The position numbers and the translations under genes were made by a program. Shown piece after piece: positions 8,483 to 16,981 of a DNA stretch of 64,000 nucleotides. Position 1 is the first letter of the stretch; each line of letters begins with the position of its first letter. Origin of the DNA: Desulfobulbaceae bacterium (GTDB taxonomy: Bacteria > Desulfobacterota > Desulfobulbia > Desulfobulbales > SURF-16); the NCBI GenBank assembly GCA_023230525.1, contig JALNXE010000005.1, forward strand, positions 7,079-71,078. Direction: 5' to 3'. Under the pieces are notes generated by a model. The model ran no database searches and was not told where the DNA came from. It saw only the letters and a list, made by a program, of their open reading frames with translations.

Positions 8483-10231
8483 ATGAATCTGCAAGGATCA
8501 CAAATGTTCACCCGCCTTACCCCCATGACCTTGTCACTGCTCATGTGCACCCTTCTCGCCCTGGTCCTGTTCTCCATGCCTCAGCTCTTGCCGGCCGAGG
8601 AGCAGCAGGCCTTGACCGCCGCTGATCTCATCAAAGAGAGATTCACCAGCGAAGATGCACGCTCCTGGGTGACCACCGGGGGAGACTCGGTCTATTCCTA
8701 TGATATGGCCGCGGTATTTTACCAGAAGCGGGATTTCCAGCCGGCATGGGCAGGCAGCGACAGCCGCTTTGCCCAGGCTGATGACCTGCTCAGCGCCATC
8801 CGCCAGGCCCACGAGGAAGGCTTGCCCCCTGAATACTACCATATCAAGGCCATTGAAGCCCTGCTGGCTGCCCTGCGCACCAGGCAGGAAAACAATCTCA
8901 TCCCTGATCCCGCCATGGTGGCAGATCTTGATGTACTGCTTACCGACACCTTTCTCCTGCTGAGCTGCCATCTGTCCAACGGCTGCATCAACCCCATCAT
9001 GCTCAAGGCGGAATGGTTCGCCCACAATGAAAAAATGGACGTGACCGCGGTGCTGGAAAAATCCCTCGCGGAAAACCGCATCAAAGAGACCTTGAGCGAC
9101 CTGCCGCCAAAAGAAAAGCTTTACACCAGACTGCGGCAGGCCCTGGTTCGGTACCGGCAGCTGGCGGCCCAGTACCCGGAGTGGCCGGAGATCCCCTTCG
9201 CCAGACCGCCGTTAAAAACGGATATGCGTGACAAATGGATTCCGGCCATCAGGCAGCGGTTGGCGGTGCTGGGTGACCTGCCGGCCGGGGAAAACATGGG
9301 TGATCAGCTTTACGATACGGCCTTGGCCAGGGCGGTGATCAGCTTCCAAAAAAGACACGGCCTTGAGGCCGACGGCGTTATCGGCGCGCAAACCTTCAGT
9401 GCCATCAATGTTTCGCCGGCCAAACGGGTGCGTCAGATAGAGATCAACCTGGAACGGCTGCGCTGGAGTTTCAGAAATCCCGGCAAACGCTATCTCCTGG
9501 TCAATATAGCAAATTTTACGCTTGAGGTGATTGAAGAGGGCGAAACGGTAATGACCATGCCGGTGGTGGTGGGCAAACCCTTCTGGGACACCCCGGTTTT
9601 CAGCCGGAAAATGAGCTATCTGGTGCTGAATCCGCCATGGAACATCCCCCGGAGCATCGCGGTCGAGGAAATCCTGCCGAAGGTGCGCCGGGATCGTCAT
9701 TACCTGCTCAAAAACAACATCAAAGTGCTGCAGAACGGCAACCCCATTGATGGCAATAAACTGCAGTCCATTGAATGGTCACGGCTCAGTATTGACAATT
9801 TCCCCTACCAGTTGCGCCAGGACCCCGGTCCGCTGAACCCCTTGGGCCGCATCAAATTCATGTTTCCCAACCAGTTTGACGTCTACCTGCACGACTCCCC
9901 CAATAAGGGGCTTTTCCAACGTAATGTCCGGGCCTTCAGCCATGGCTGCATCCGCATCGAAAAACCGGTTGAACTGGCGATATATCTGTTGCGCGACAGC
10001 AAAAAATGGACAAGCGAGCAGATCCTTGCCGCCCTCAAAGAGGGCAAGGAACAGATTGCGAACCTGCCGCAACCTGTTCCCGTGCACCTCCTCTACCTGA
10101 CCGCCTGGGTTGACGACAATAATATCCCGCAATTTCGTAATGATATTTACGGAAGAGACACCATGCTTGATGAATCCCTGCCGGGAAATCCGCTGCCGGC
10201 AGAAGGGGGAAACAACCCCAAAGCGCCGTAA
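8483..10231 (+). CDS. Murein L,D-transpeptidase (YcbB/LdtD-like, YkuD domain)
   Basis: Signal/TM segment, a peptidoglycan-binding-like region (AVISFQKRHGLEADGVIG), and the YkuD catalytic region YLHDSPNKGLFQRNVRAFSHGCIRIEKP. Confidence 0.9.
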   Translation: MNLQGSQMFTRLTPMTLSLLMCTLLALVLFSMPQLLPAEEQQALTAADLIKERFTSEDARSWVTTGGDSVYSYDMAAVFYQKRDFQPAWAGSDSRFAQADDLLSAIRQAHEEGLPPEYYHIKAIEALLAALRTRQENNLIPDPAMVADLDVLLTDTFLLLSCHLSNGCINPIMLKAEWFAHNEKMDVTAVLEKSLAENRIKETLSDLPPKEKLYTRLRQALVRYRQLAAQYPEWPEIPFARPPLKTDMRDKWIPAIRQRLAVLGDLPAGENMGDQLYDTALARAVISFQKRHGLEADGVIGAQTFSAINVSPAKRVRQIEINLERLRWSFRNPGKRYLLVNIANFTLEVIEEGETVMTMPVVVGKPFWDTPVFSRKMSYLVLNPPWNIPRSIAVEEILPKVRRDRHYLLKNNIKVLQNGNPIDGNKLQSIEWSRLSIDNFPYQLRQDPGPLNPLGRIKFMFPNQFDVYLHDSPNKGLFQRNVRAFSHGCIRIEKPVELAIYLLRDSKKWTSEQILAALKEGKEQIANLPQPVPVHLLYLTAWVDDNNIPQFRNDIYGRDTMLDESLPGNPLPAEGGNNPKAP

Positions 10232-10371
10232 TATCCGCGGGGCGCGCAGAAAAACAGCCCATTTTCAGCTGAGGCAGCAACATTTACTTTGCTCGAGGCA
10301 GGTGATATGCTAAGATTTATTTCGTGGCTTTCACCCAGGCCCGGTCATCCATCCCCTATAACCTGAAACCC

Positions 10372-10477
10372 GCTAAGCCGTTGTAAAAAATAACATGGCC
10401 AGAGAAATGCGCGGAACGGCATAAGGAGCCGTAACGAAATTGAAAAAACGACCATGTTATTTCGTAACGGCTCCTAA
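10372..10477 (+). repeat. Mosaic intergenic hairpin repeat, copy 2 (type-2 variable module, no insert)
   Basis: Sequence: GCTAAGCCGTTGTAAAAAATAACATGGCCAGAGAAATGCGCGGAACGGCAT-AAGGAGCCGTAACGAAAT-TGAAAAAACGACCATGTT-ATTTCGTAACGGCTCCTAA. It ends 21 nt before the ATG of the DUF882 gene. Confidence 0.85.
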
Positions 10478-10498
10478 GCACCTGTGAGGCTCCTATCC

Positions 10499-11059
10499 AT
10501 GAACGGATTTCAGCACAGTTTAAGCAGAAGAGGATTTATCACCTTAGGTCTCATCACCGCCCTGTCCAGCGCCGTTCCCTTTGAAGCGCTCGGCGCCGTG
10601 CGCAAGATGATCGCGCCGGAAAGATCTCTTTCCTTTTATAACACCCATACCGGTGAAAAACTGCGGTCAGTCTACTGGTTCAAGGGCCGATATGTGCCCG
10701 GCGCACTGGCTGATATCAACCGCATTCTGCGGGATCACCGCACCAACGACATCAAAAGAATTGATACGAAACTCCTGGATTTACTGTATGTTCTCCATGG
10801 AGAGTTCCGCACCCGGGAGCCCTTTCACATCATTTCCGGCTATCGTTCCCTCAAAACAAACAATCTCCTGCGCGAACGCAGCAGAGGGGTGGCGAAAAAC
10901 AGTATGCACACCTGCGGCAAGGCGGTGGATATCCGTCTTCCCGGCCGTCAACTGAAAAACCTGCAGACCGCTGCCCTGGAACTCAAAAGGGGCGGAGTGG
11001 GTTATTACCCGGATGCCGATTTTGTCCATGTTGATGTTGGCAGGGTTCGCTACTGGTAA
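10499..11059 (+). CDS. DUF882 / peptidase M15A family protein (YcbK/MepK-like murein endopeptidase) with a Tat-type signal
   Basis: Has SRRGFITLGLITALSSA, then HTCGKAVDIRL and FVHVD metal-ligand motifs. I prefer the ATG at 10499 over the track's GTG at 10484, which lies at the edge of the repeat. It is adjacent to the L,D-transpeptidase, as in the E. coli ycbB-ycbK pair. Confidence 0.8.
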   Translation: MNGFQHSLSRRGFITLGLITALSSAVPFEALGAVRKMIAPERSLSFYNTHTGEKLRSVYWFKGRYVPGALADINRILRDHRTNDIKRIDTKLLDLLYVLHGEFRTREPFHIISGYRSLKTNNLLRERSRGVAKNSMHTCGKAVDIRLPGRQLKNLQTAALELKRGGVGYYPDADFVHVDVGRVRYW

Positions 11060-11127
11060 CAAAAATTTTCCGCTCAGCCCTCAGTTTCAGGAAGTTGAAA
11101 ACCTGAGAAACTGAGCATTATTTCGTG

Positions 11128-11262
11128 TTTAAGAGCCATTACGAAATAACATGGCCATTTTTTTTAATTTCGGTACGGCTCCTTATACCCCTCAAGGGGG
11201 TACTGAAAAGAGTGCCGTTCCGCGCATTTCTCTGGCCATGTTGTTTTTTTACCACGGCTTAT
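11128..11262 (-). repeat. Mosaic intergenic hairpin repeat, copy 3 (type-2 variable module, with the 28-nt insert), inverted orientation
   Basis: The reverse complement reads ATAAGCCGTGGTAAAAAAACAACATGGCCAGAGAAATGCGCGGAACGGCA-CTCTTTTCAGTACCCCCTTGAGGGGTAT-AAGGAGCCGTACCGAAAT-TAAAAAAAATGGCCATGTT-ATTTCGTAATGGCTCTTAA. Confidence 0.85.
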
Positions 11263-11451
11263 TGGCGGATTTCTTCCCCATGTATTCTGCTGGCGTAAAC
11301 ATGATTTTCCCGTTTTTTTCACCCCGGAGCTGCCCTTGCCCTGCGCCCTCGCGTTGCTCTTCTCCCTCCTGGGTACTGCTGCCCTACCTGATCACTGCGC
11401 CCCAAAGGAATCACCCAAATAATCCATTTTTCAAGCCAAAGGAGACAGGCC

Positions 11452-12783
11452 ATGACCCGCGATGAAATAATGAAGATCATTAAAGAACAGAATGTCCATT
11501 TTTTCCGGCTGCAGTTTGTCGATATCTTCGGTTTTATGAAAAATATCGCCCTGCCCCTCAGCCAGATCGAAAAGGCCCTGGACGGCAAGATGATGTTTGA
11601 CGGCTCCTCCATCGACGGCTTTGTCAGGATTAATGAGTCGGATATGTACCTCAAGCCAGACTATGACACCTTTACCGTTCTGCCGTGGCGTACCAAGGAG
11701 GAGACTTCCGCCGCCCGCATCATCTGTGATGTTTACCGCTCAGACGGCATCACCCCTTTTGAAGGCTGCCCCCGCAACAACCTCAAAAGGGTGCTGGCCG
11801 AGGCCAGAGAACTCGGCTACACCATGAAGGTCGGCACGGAATGCGAGTTCTTCTTGTTTGAAAAAAACGAGAAGAGTTATCCCACCACCAAAACCCACGA
11901 CGTTGCCGGCTACTTCAGTGTTGATCCGGAAGACTGCGGCATTGACGCCCGCCGGGAGATCATCCTCACCCTGGAGGCCATGGGTTTTGAGATCGAGGCA
12001 TCCCATCATGAGGTGGCGGAAGGCCAGCACGAGATCAATTTCAAATACGCCGACGCCCTGACCTGCGCGGACAACACCGTGACCTTCAAATGGGTTGTCC
12101 GCTCCATCGCCGCCAAATACGGCCTGCACGCCACCTTTATGCCCAAGCCCGTGTTCGGCATCAACGGCTCGGGCATGCACACCAATCAATCCCTGTTCAA
12201 TCCGGACGGCACCAACGCCTTCTTTGATCCCGCCGGACCGCTGCAGCTCAGCGAAATCGCCTATCAGTACATTGCCGGCATTCTCAAAAATGCCAAGGGC
12301 TTTGCCGCGGTGACCAATCCGCTGGTCAACTCCTACAAGCGTCTGGTGGCCGGCTATGAGGCCCCTGTCTATGTGGCCTGGTCCGCCTCCAACCGCTCCG
12401 CCCTTATCCGCATCCCCGCCTCCCGGGGCCTGGGCACCCGCACCGAGGTGCGCTGCCCGGATCCAACCTGTAATCCCTATCTGGCCCTGGCCATGATGCT
12501 CAATTCCGGCCTTGAGGGCGTGAAGAACAAACTGCAGGCCCCGCCAGCGGTTAATCAGGATATTTTCGCCATGACCGCCGGTGAAAAAGAGGCTGCCGGC
12601 ATTCCCTCAATGCCCGCCAATCTCCAGGAGGCCATCGATGAGCTCAAGAAAAACGCCCTGGCCAGACAGACTCTGGGCGAGCATATTTTCACCAAATATA
12701 TCGAGGCGAAGGAGAAGGAATGGGATGCCTACCGCATCGCCGTTACCGACTGGGAAAAGGATAATTACCTGAGTATCTACTGA
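11452..12783 (+). CDS. glnA: Glutamine synthetase, type I (443-aa short form)
   Basis: Contains [19 protein letters not shown] and [16 protein letters not shown], and the length is typical of GSI-alpha. Confidence 0.95.
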   Translation: MTRDEIMKIIKEQNVHFFRLQFVDIFGFMKNIALPLSQIEKALDGKMMFDGSSIDGFVRINESDMYLKPDYDTFTVLPWRTKEETSAARIICDVYRSDGITPFEGCPRNNLKRVLAEARELGYTMKVGTECEFFLFEKNEKSYPTTKTHDVAGYFSVDPEDCGIDARREIILTLEAMGFEIEASHHEVAEGQHEINFKYADALTCADNTVTFKWVVRSIAAKYGLHATFMPKPVFGINGSGMHTNQSLFNPDGTNAFFDPAGPLQLSEIAYQYIAGILKNAKGFAAVTNPLVNSYKRLVAGYEAPVYVAWSASNRSALIRIPASRGLGTRTEVRCPDPTCNPYLALAMMLNSGLEGVKNKLQAPPAVNQDIFAMTAGEKEAAGIPSMPANLQEAIDELKKNALARQTLGEHIFTKYIEAKEKEWDAYRIAVTDWEKDNYLSIY

Positions 12784-12840
12784 GCAAAGCACAGGAGATG
12801 GAAATATAAAAAACGCACGGAAGACGTATCACGATGACAG

Positions 12841-12878
12841 AAAAGGCCGTTGCCCGGGTGAGGCTGCGGCCTTTTTTT
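12841..12878 (+). terminator. Rho-independent terminator downstream of glnA, possibly bidirectional
   Basis: Sequence AAAAGGCCGT-TGCCCGGGTGAGGCT-GCGGCCTTTTTTT. The outer stem GGCCGT/GCGGCC and an inner GCC/GGC stem are followed by T7. The A4 on the 5' side could serve the convergent peptidase gene. Confidence 0.7.
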
Positions 12879-12929
12879 AATTCAGGAACACCGCGGCAAA
12901 AAAGGAAAATTTCAGGGATCGGCAAAACG

Positions 12930-14021
12930 CTATAAATCAAGAAAAGTTGTGTCCCGGTTCAGGATGCGGCACCCCTTCTCCTCCACCACCCCCATATTTT
13001 CCAGGCGGATCCCCCCCCAGCCCGGCAGATAGACGCCGGGTTCAACGGTAATGATCATACCGGACTGCAGTTTCTTGCCGTTGCGGCGGTTGAGCGACGG
13101 CGCCTCATGGACCGCCAGGCCGACCCCGTGTCCCAGGCCATGGCCGAATCTGTCCCCCAGCCCGGCCGCGGTGATGACCTGCCTGGCCGCCCGGTCAGCC
13201 TCCCGGCCGGTGATGCCGGCCCTGATGGCGGCTGTGGCGGCCAACTGGGCCTTGCGCACCAGCCGGAACAGCTCAACGGTTTTCTGGTCCGGAGTGCCCA
13301 GCACCACGGTGCGGGTCATGTCCGAGCAGTAACCGTCCAGAATCAGGCCCATGTCAATGACAATTGTTTCTCCCTGCTTGAACGGGCGGGAGCCGGGCAC
13401 CGCATGCGGGGAGGCGGCGTTCGGCCCGCCGGCCACAATGGTGGCAAAGCTCGGCCGCTCCGCGCCCATGCCGAGCATGGTGTTTTCAATGCGCATCGCC
13501 ACCTCCCGTTCGGGCTGCCCCGCCCGCAGGGTGGCAAAGACCTTTTGAAAGACCTGTTCATTGAGCAATACGGATTTTTCAATCCTGTCGATCTCCTCCT
13601 GCTCTTTTCTCACCCGCATCTTCTCGACCAGACCTACCAGCGGCACCGCCTCGATGCCGAGCCTGCCGGTGAGCGCGGTCAACTTGCCGGCCGTGGCGTG
13701 CAGCAGGTAGTGGCTTTCAAAGCCCAGCCGTCTGACCCCCATCTTGGGCAGCAGCTTCTGCAGCAGCGGCAGCAGCCCTCTGGGATAGAGCATGATCTCG
13801 AACCCCCTGGCCTCGGAAGCCGCATGCAGCTCAAAACGGGAATCGGTCAGCAGCAGCGGCGTGCCGCGGCGGAGGATGAGCAGCACCCCGCTCGTTTCCG
13901 AGATGGATGAATCGGTGGCGCTGTACCGGCTCAGATAGCGGCGGTTTTCCGGCTGAGTGACCAGCAGGGCGTCAATCTTGCTATTTTTTAATATCCTTCT
14001 TAATTCGTTGAGCTTTTCCAT
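12930..14021 (-). CDS. Xaa-Pro aminopeptidase / M24B family peptidase
   Basis: 363 aa with a creatinase-like N-domain and the pita-bread metal ligands ...VIDMGLILDGYCSDMTRT...GHGLGHGVGLAVHE...ITVEPGVY...IRLEN. Confidence 0.9.
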   Translation of the reverse strand: MEKLNELRRILKNSKIDALLVTQPENRRYLSRYSATDSSISETSGVLLILRRGTPLLLTDSRFELHAASEARGFEIMLYPRGLLPLLQKLLPKMGVRRLGFESHYLLHATAGKLTALTGRLGIEAVPLVGLVEKMRVRKEQEEIDRIEKSVLLNEQVFQKVFATLRAGQPEREVAMRIENTMLGMGAERPSFATIVAGGPNAASPHAVPGSRPFKQGETIVIDMGLILDGYCSDMTRTVVLGTPDQKTVELFRLVRKAQLAATAAIRAGITGREADRAARQVITAAGLGDRFGHGLGHGVGLAVHEAPSLNRRNGKKLQSGMIITVEPGVYLPGWGGIRLENMGVVEEKGCRILNRDTTFLDL

Positions 14022-14153
14022 ATTTTTTCAGGAACCTTGATTAGTTATTGCAAAACAGCGTCAAGCGCGGCATTACCTTGTCTATCATTACAATGACCAC
14101 AGGCAAGGGCAAGCAATAATCAGCCAAGGCGGCAATTATTTGCGAACAAATCA

Positions 14154-14192
14154 TCTGGACATTTGCCCAAGGGTCTGGACATAGTGTAATAT
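14154..14192 (+). promoter_or_regulatory. Candidate promoter/operator of the hydrogenase operon
   Basis: The direct repeat TCTGGACAT occurs at 14154-14162 and 14174-14182, exactly 20 nt apart. The two copies flank a TTGCCC -35-like hexamer, and a TAATAT -10-like hexamer lies at 14187-14192, about 40 nt before the ATG. This is pattern only. Confidence 0.25.
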
Positions 14193-14231
14193 GGTTTTTT
14201 TTCGACAATTCTTTGTTGAGGGTTGCCCCGC

Positions 14232-15281
14232 ATGCTTTTCCGAGTTTTTGCCAAAGATCACCTCATCAATCTCTACGATATTCTGGCGGTTAATCATATT
14301 GTTGGGCCAATGAGCAAAGGGTTCGACCGCCATGGCGCGCCTCTGTATGATTTCGATTTCATCTATGATTTTGCCGAGCTGCAGCTGCATTACCCGGCAA
14401 CCATTCACTCCCTGAAACGCTTTGTTCTGCCGCCCAGGGAAACCCTGTGCACCTTTGACCTGCAAAAGGACGGCTGGCAGAAACATGTGGATTACAATGC
14501 CTACAAGCCCACTGTCTATTTCGGCCTGCATGCCTGTGACATCAACGCCTTGAACAAGCTCGACAAGGTGCTCACCGGCAACGTCTATCCGGACCCCTAC
14601 TATGCCGCCAAACGCAAAAACATGTTTATCATCGGCGCCGGCTGCACGCCCCAGCCTTTCTGCTTCTGTAAGTCCATGGGCACTGATTCCGTGCTGCACG
14701 GTTTTGATCTGTTTTTGACCGACCTGGGTGACTCCTATTTCGCCGAGATCCATTCAGCCCGGGCCTTTGCCTTCATCAGCAGCCTGGAGTGCAGGGAGCC
14801 GCGCCAAAGCGAGCACCAGCGTTTCATGGAAGTGGCCCAGGAGCGCATGAACCTCTTTACCTGCCATGTGGACACCACGGACCTGACCAAAATCCTTGAT
14901 CTGGAATTCCAGGCCGAGGTATGGCGGGAATGGGGCAGAAAATGCCTGTCCTGCGGCACCTGCGCCAATGTCTGCCCCACCTGTTACTGCTACGGCATTG
15001 AGGAAAATGTCGATCTCGGCCTGCAGCATGCCAGCAAGACCAGACACCTCTACTCCTGCAATCTCATTGATTTTGCCCAGGTGGCCGGCGGCCACAATTT
15101 CCGGCCCGAGAGCCATGACCGGTTGAAATACCGCTACTATCATAAACACCGGGGCTTTGTCGAGGCCTTCGAGGAATCACTCTGCGTGGGATGCGGCCGC
15201 TGCGGCCAGTCCTGCCTGGCGAACATCACCGTGCCCGAGGTGATAGCCAGCGTGCGGGGCGAGGGAGGGGACCATGCATAA
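14232..15281 (+). CDS. Group 3b NiFe hydrogenase (sulfhydrogenase-type) beta subunit, 4Fe-4S protein
   Basis: AsrA/HydB-like, with CLSCGTCANVCPTCYCY and CVGCGRCGQSC ferredoxin motifs. It is the first of four tightly packed genes. I prefer the ATG at 14232 to the TTG at 14223. Confidence 0.8.
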   Translation: MLFRVFAKDHLINLYDILAVNHIVGPMSKGFDRHGAPLYDFDFIYDFAELQLHYPATIHSLKRFVLPPRETLCTFDLQKDGWQKHVDYNAYKPTVYFGLHACDINALNKLDKVLTGNVYPDPYYAAKRKNMFIIGAGCTPQPFCFCKSMGTDSVLHGFDLFLTDLGDSYFAEIHSARAFAFISSLECREPRQSEHQRFMEVAQERMNLFTCHVDTTDLTKILDLEFQAEVWREWGRKCLSCGTCANVCPTCYCYGIEENVDLGLQHASKTRHLYSCNLIDFAQVAGGHNFRPESHDRLKYRYYHKHRGFVEAFEESLCVGCGRCGQSCLANITVPEVIASVRGEGGDHA

Positions 15282-16173
15282 ACTGCCCTTTGTCGATGTG
15301 CTGGCCGAGCAGCGGGATCATGCCCGCAGGCAGGACCTGGCCAGCTTTGAGTACACCTTTCAGGCGGAAATCACCAATGTCTATCCCCTGACAGCAACGG
15401 AGAAGCTCTATCAGCTGCAGATCATCGACCCGGAGCAGCGGCAGCGCTTCTCTTTCCAGCCGGGCCAGTTCGTCATGCTGGAGCTGCCGGGCATCGGCGA
15501 GGCGCCTTTTTCCATCTCCTCCTCGCCGGTGCGGCACGGGGATATCGAGCTGTGCATCCGGGCGGTGGGCAATCTGACCAACTTTCTCGCCCGAGCGCCC
15601 CGGGGCACCAGGTTGGGCATCAGCGGTCCCTTTGGCACCGGGTTTCCGGTGGAGAAGATGCAGGGCCATGATATCATGCTCATTGCCGGCGGCCTGGGGC
15701 TCGTTCCCCTGCGGGCCCCCATTTCCGCCGTGCTGGAAAACCGCAGCCGGTATGGCAATATCGATATCATCTACGGCGCCCGCAACCCCGCCGAGCTGCT
15801 TTTCACCTATCAGTACGATATGTGGCGCCAGTTTGACATTGATCTGAGTATCATTGTTGACGCAGGCGACGCCACCTGGCAGGGTCCGGTGGGCCGCATC
15901 ACCACTATTTTAGAGCAGCGCATCGCCGCCGCGCCGAACATCGGCAAAAACACCTACGCCATTGTCTGCGGGCCGCCGGTCATGTTCAAATTCGTCTGCG
16001 ATATGCTCATCAAGGCCCAGCTGCCCATGCAGCAGATTTTCGTGTCGCTGGAGCGCCGCATGCACTGCGGCCGGGGCAAATGCTGCCGCTGCAACATCGG
16101 CTCCACCTATACCTGCCTGGAAGGACCGGTTTTTGACTACTGGTCGGTGATGAACTTGAAAGAGGCCATCTGA
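15274..16173 (+). CDS. Group 3b NiFe hydrogenase gamma subunit (FAD/NAD(P)-binding, 2Fe-2S)
   Basis: Ferredoxin-NADP reductase-like fold (QPGQFVMLELPGIGEAPFSISS, MLIAGGLGLVPL) plus the C-terminal Cys cluster CGRGKCCRCN. It overlaps the previous gene by 8 nt. Confidence 0.8.
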   Translation: MHKLPFVDVLAEQRDHARRQDLASFEYTFQAEITNVYPLTATEKLYQLQIIDPEQRQRFSFQPGQFVMLELPGIGEAPFSISSSPVRHGDIELCIRAVGNLTNFLARAPRGTRLGISGPFGTGFPVEKMQGHDIMLIAGGLGLVPLRAPISAVLENRSRYGNIDIIYGARNPAELLFTYQYDMWRQFDIDLSIIVDAGDATWQGPVGRITTILEQRIAAAPNIGKNTYAIVCGPPVMFKFVCDMLIKAQLPMQQIFVSLERRMHCGRGKCCRCNIGSTYTCLEGPVFDYWSVMNLKEAI

Positions 16174-16175
16174 TC

Positions 16176-16973
16176 ATGACTGCCAAGGAACGCACCTATC
16201 TCGGCGTGCCGGTGAAAAAGCCCAGGGCCGCCTTTTTCGAGTTCACCTCCTGCGAGGGCTGCCAGCTGCAGCTGCTCAATAACGAGGCCAGCCTGGTGGA
16301 TTTCCTGTCGCTCTTGACCATTGTCAATTTCCGGGAGGCCATGACTGAGCAAAGCGACGAGTATGACATCGCCTTTATCGAGGGCAGCATTACGAGAGAT
16401 GACGAGGCAGAGCAGCTCAAGATAATCCGCAGCCGGGCCCAGACATTGGTGGCCATGGGCTCCTGCGCCTGCTTCGGCGGGGTGAACCAGCTCAAAAACC
16501 GCTTCAACGATCTTGCCTGGGTGAAAGAACAGGTCTACGGTTCCCAGGCCATTGACACCAGGGAGGTGCTGCCGCTGTCCGCCATCGTGCCGGTGGATCT
16601 GGAAATCTACGGCTGCCCAATCAAAAAGGAAGAGGTGGAAAAGGTGGTCACCAATCTGGTGCTGGGCAAGTCCATTGATTACCCCAGGTATCCGGTGTGC
16701 ATGGAATGCAAGGCCAACCACAATGTCTGTCTTTTTGACCTGGGCCAGCCGTGCCTGGGGCCGATCACCAGGGCGGGCTGCGACGCCTGGTGCCCCGCTA
16801 ACCGTCTCGGCTGCTGGGGCTGCCGGGGACCGGCGGAAAAGCCCAATGTGGGGCAGCTCAGGCAGATCATGCATGAGCATGGCTTTACCGATGAGCAGCT
16901 GCTGGACCGGCTGGAATGTTTCGGCGGCTTTGCTCAATATGTCACTGAGCTGAAAAGAACCGCAAAGGGATAG
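16176..16973 (+). CDS. Group 3b NiFe hydrogenase delta (small) subunit
   Basis: NuoB/20-kDa-like FEFTSCEGCQ, GSCACFGG and CPIKKEE motifs. It starts 2 nt after the gamma subunit stop. Confidence 0.85.
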   Translation: MTAKERTYLGVPVKKPRAAFFEFTSCEGCQLQLLNNEASLVDFLSLLTIVNFREAMTEQSDEYDIAFIEGSITRDDEAEQLKIIRSRAQTLVAMGSCACFGGVNQLKNRFNDLAWVKEQVYGSQAIDTREVLPLSAIVPVDLEIYGCPIKKEEVEKVVTNLVLGKSIDYPRYPVCMECKANHNVCLFDLGQPCLGPITRAGCDAWCPANRLGCWGCRGPAEKPNVGQLRQIMHEHGFTDEQLLDRLECFGGFAQYVTELKRTAKG

Positions 16974-16981
16974 CTAAATTC

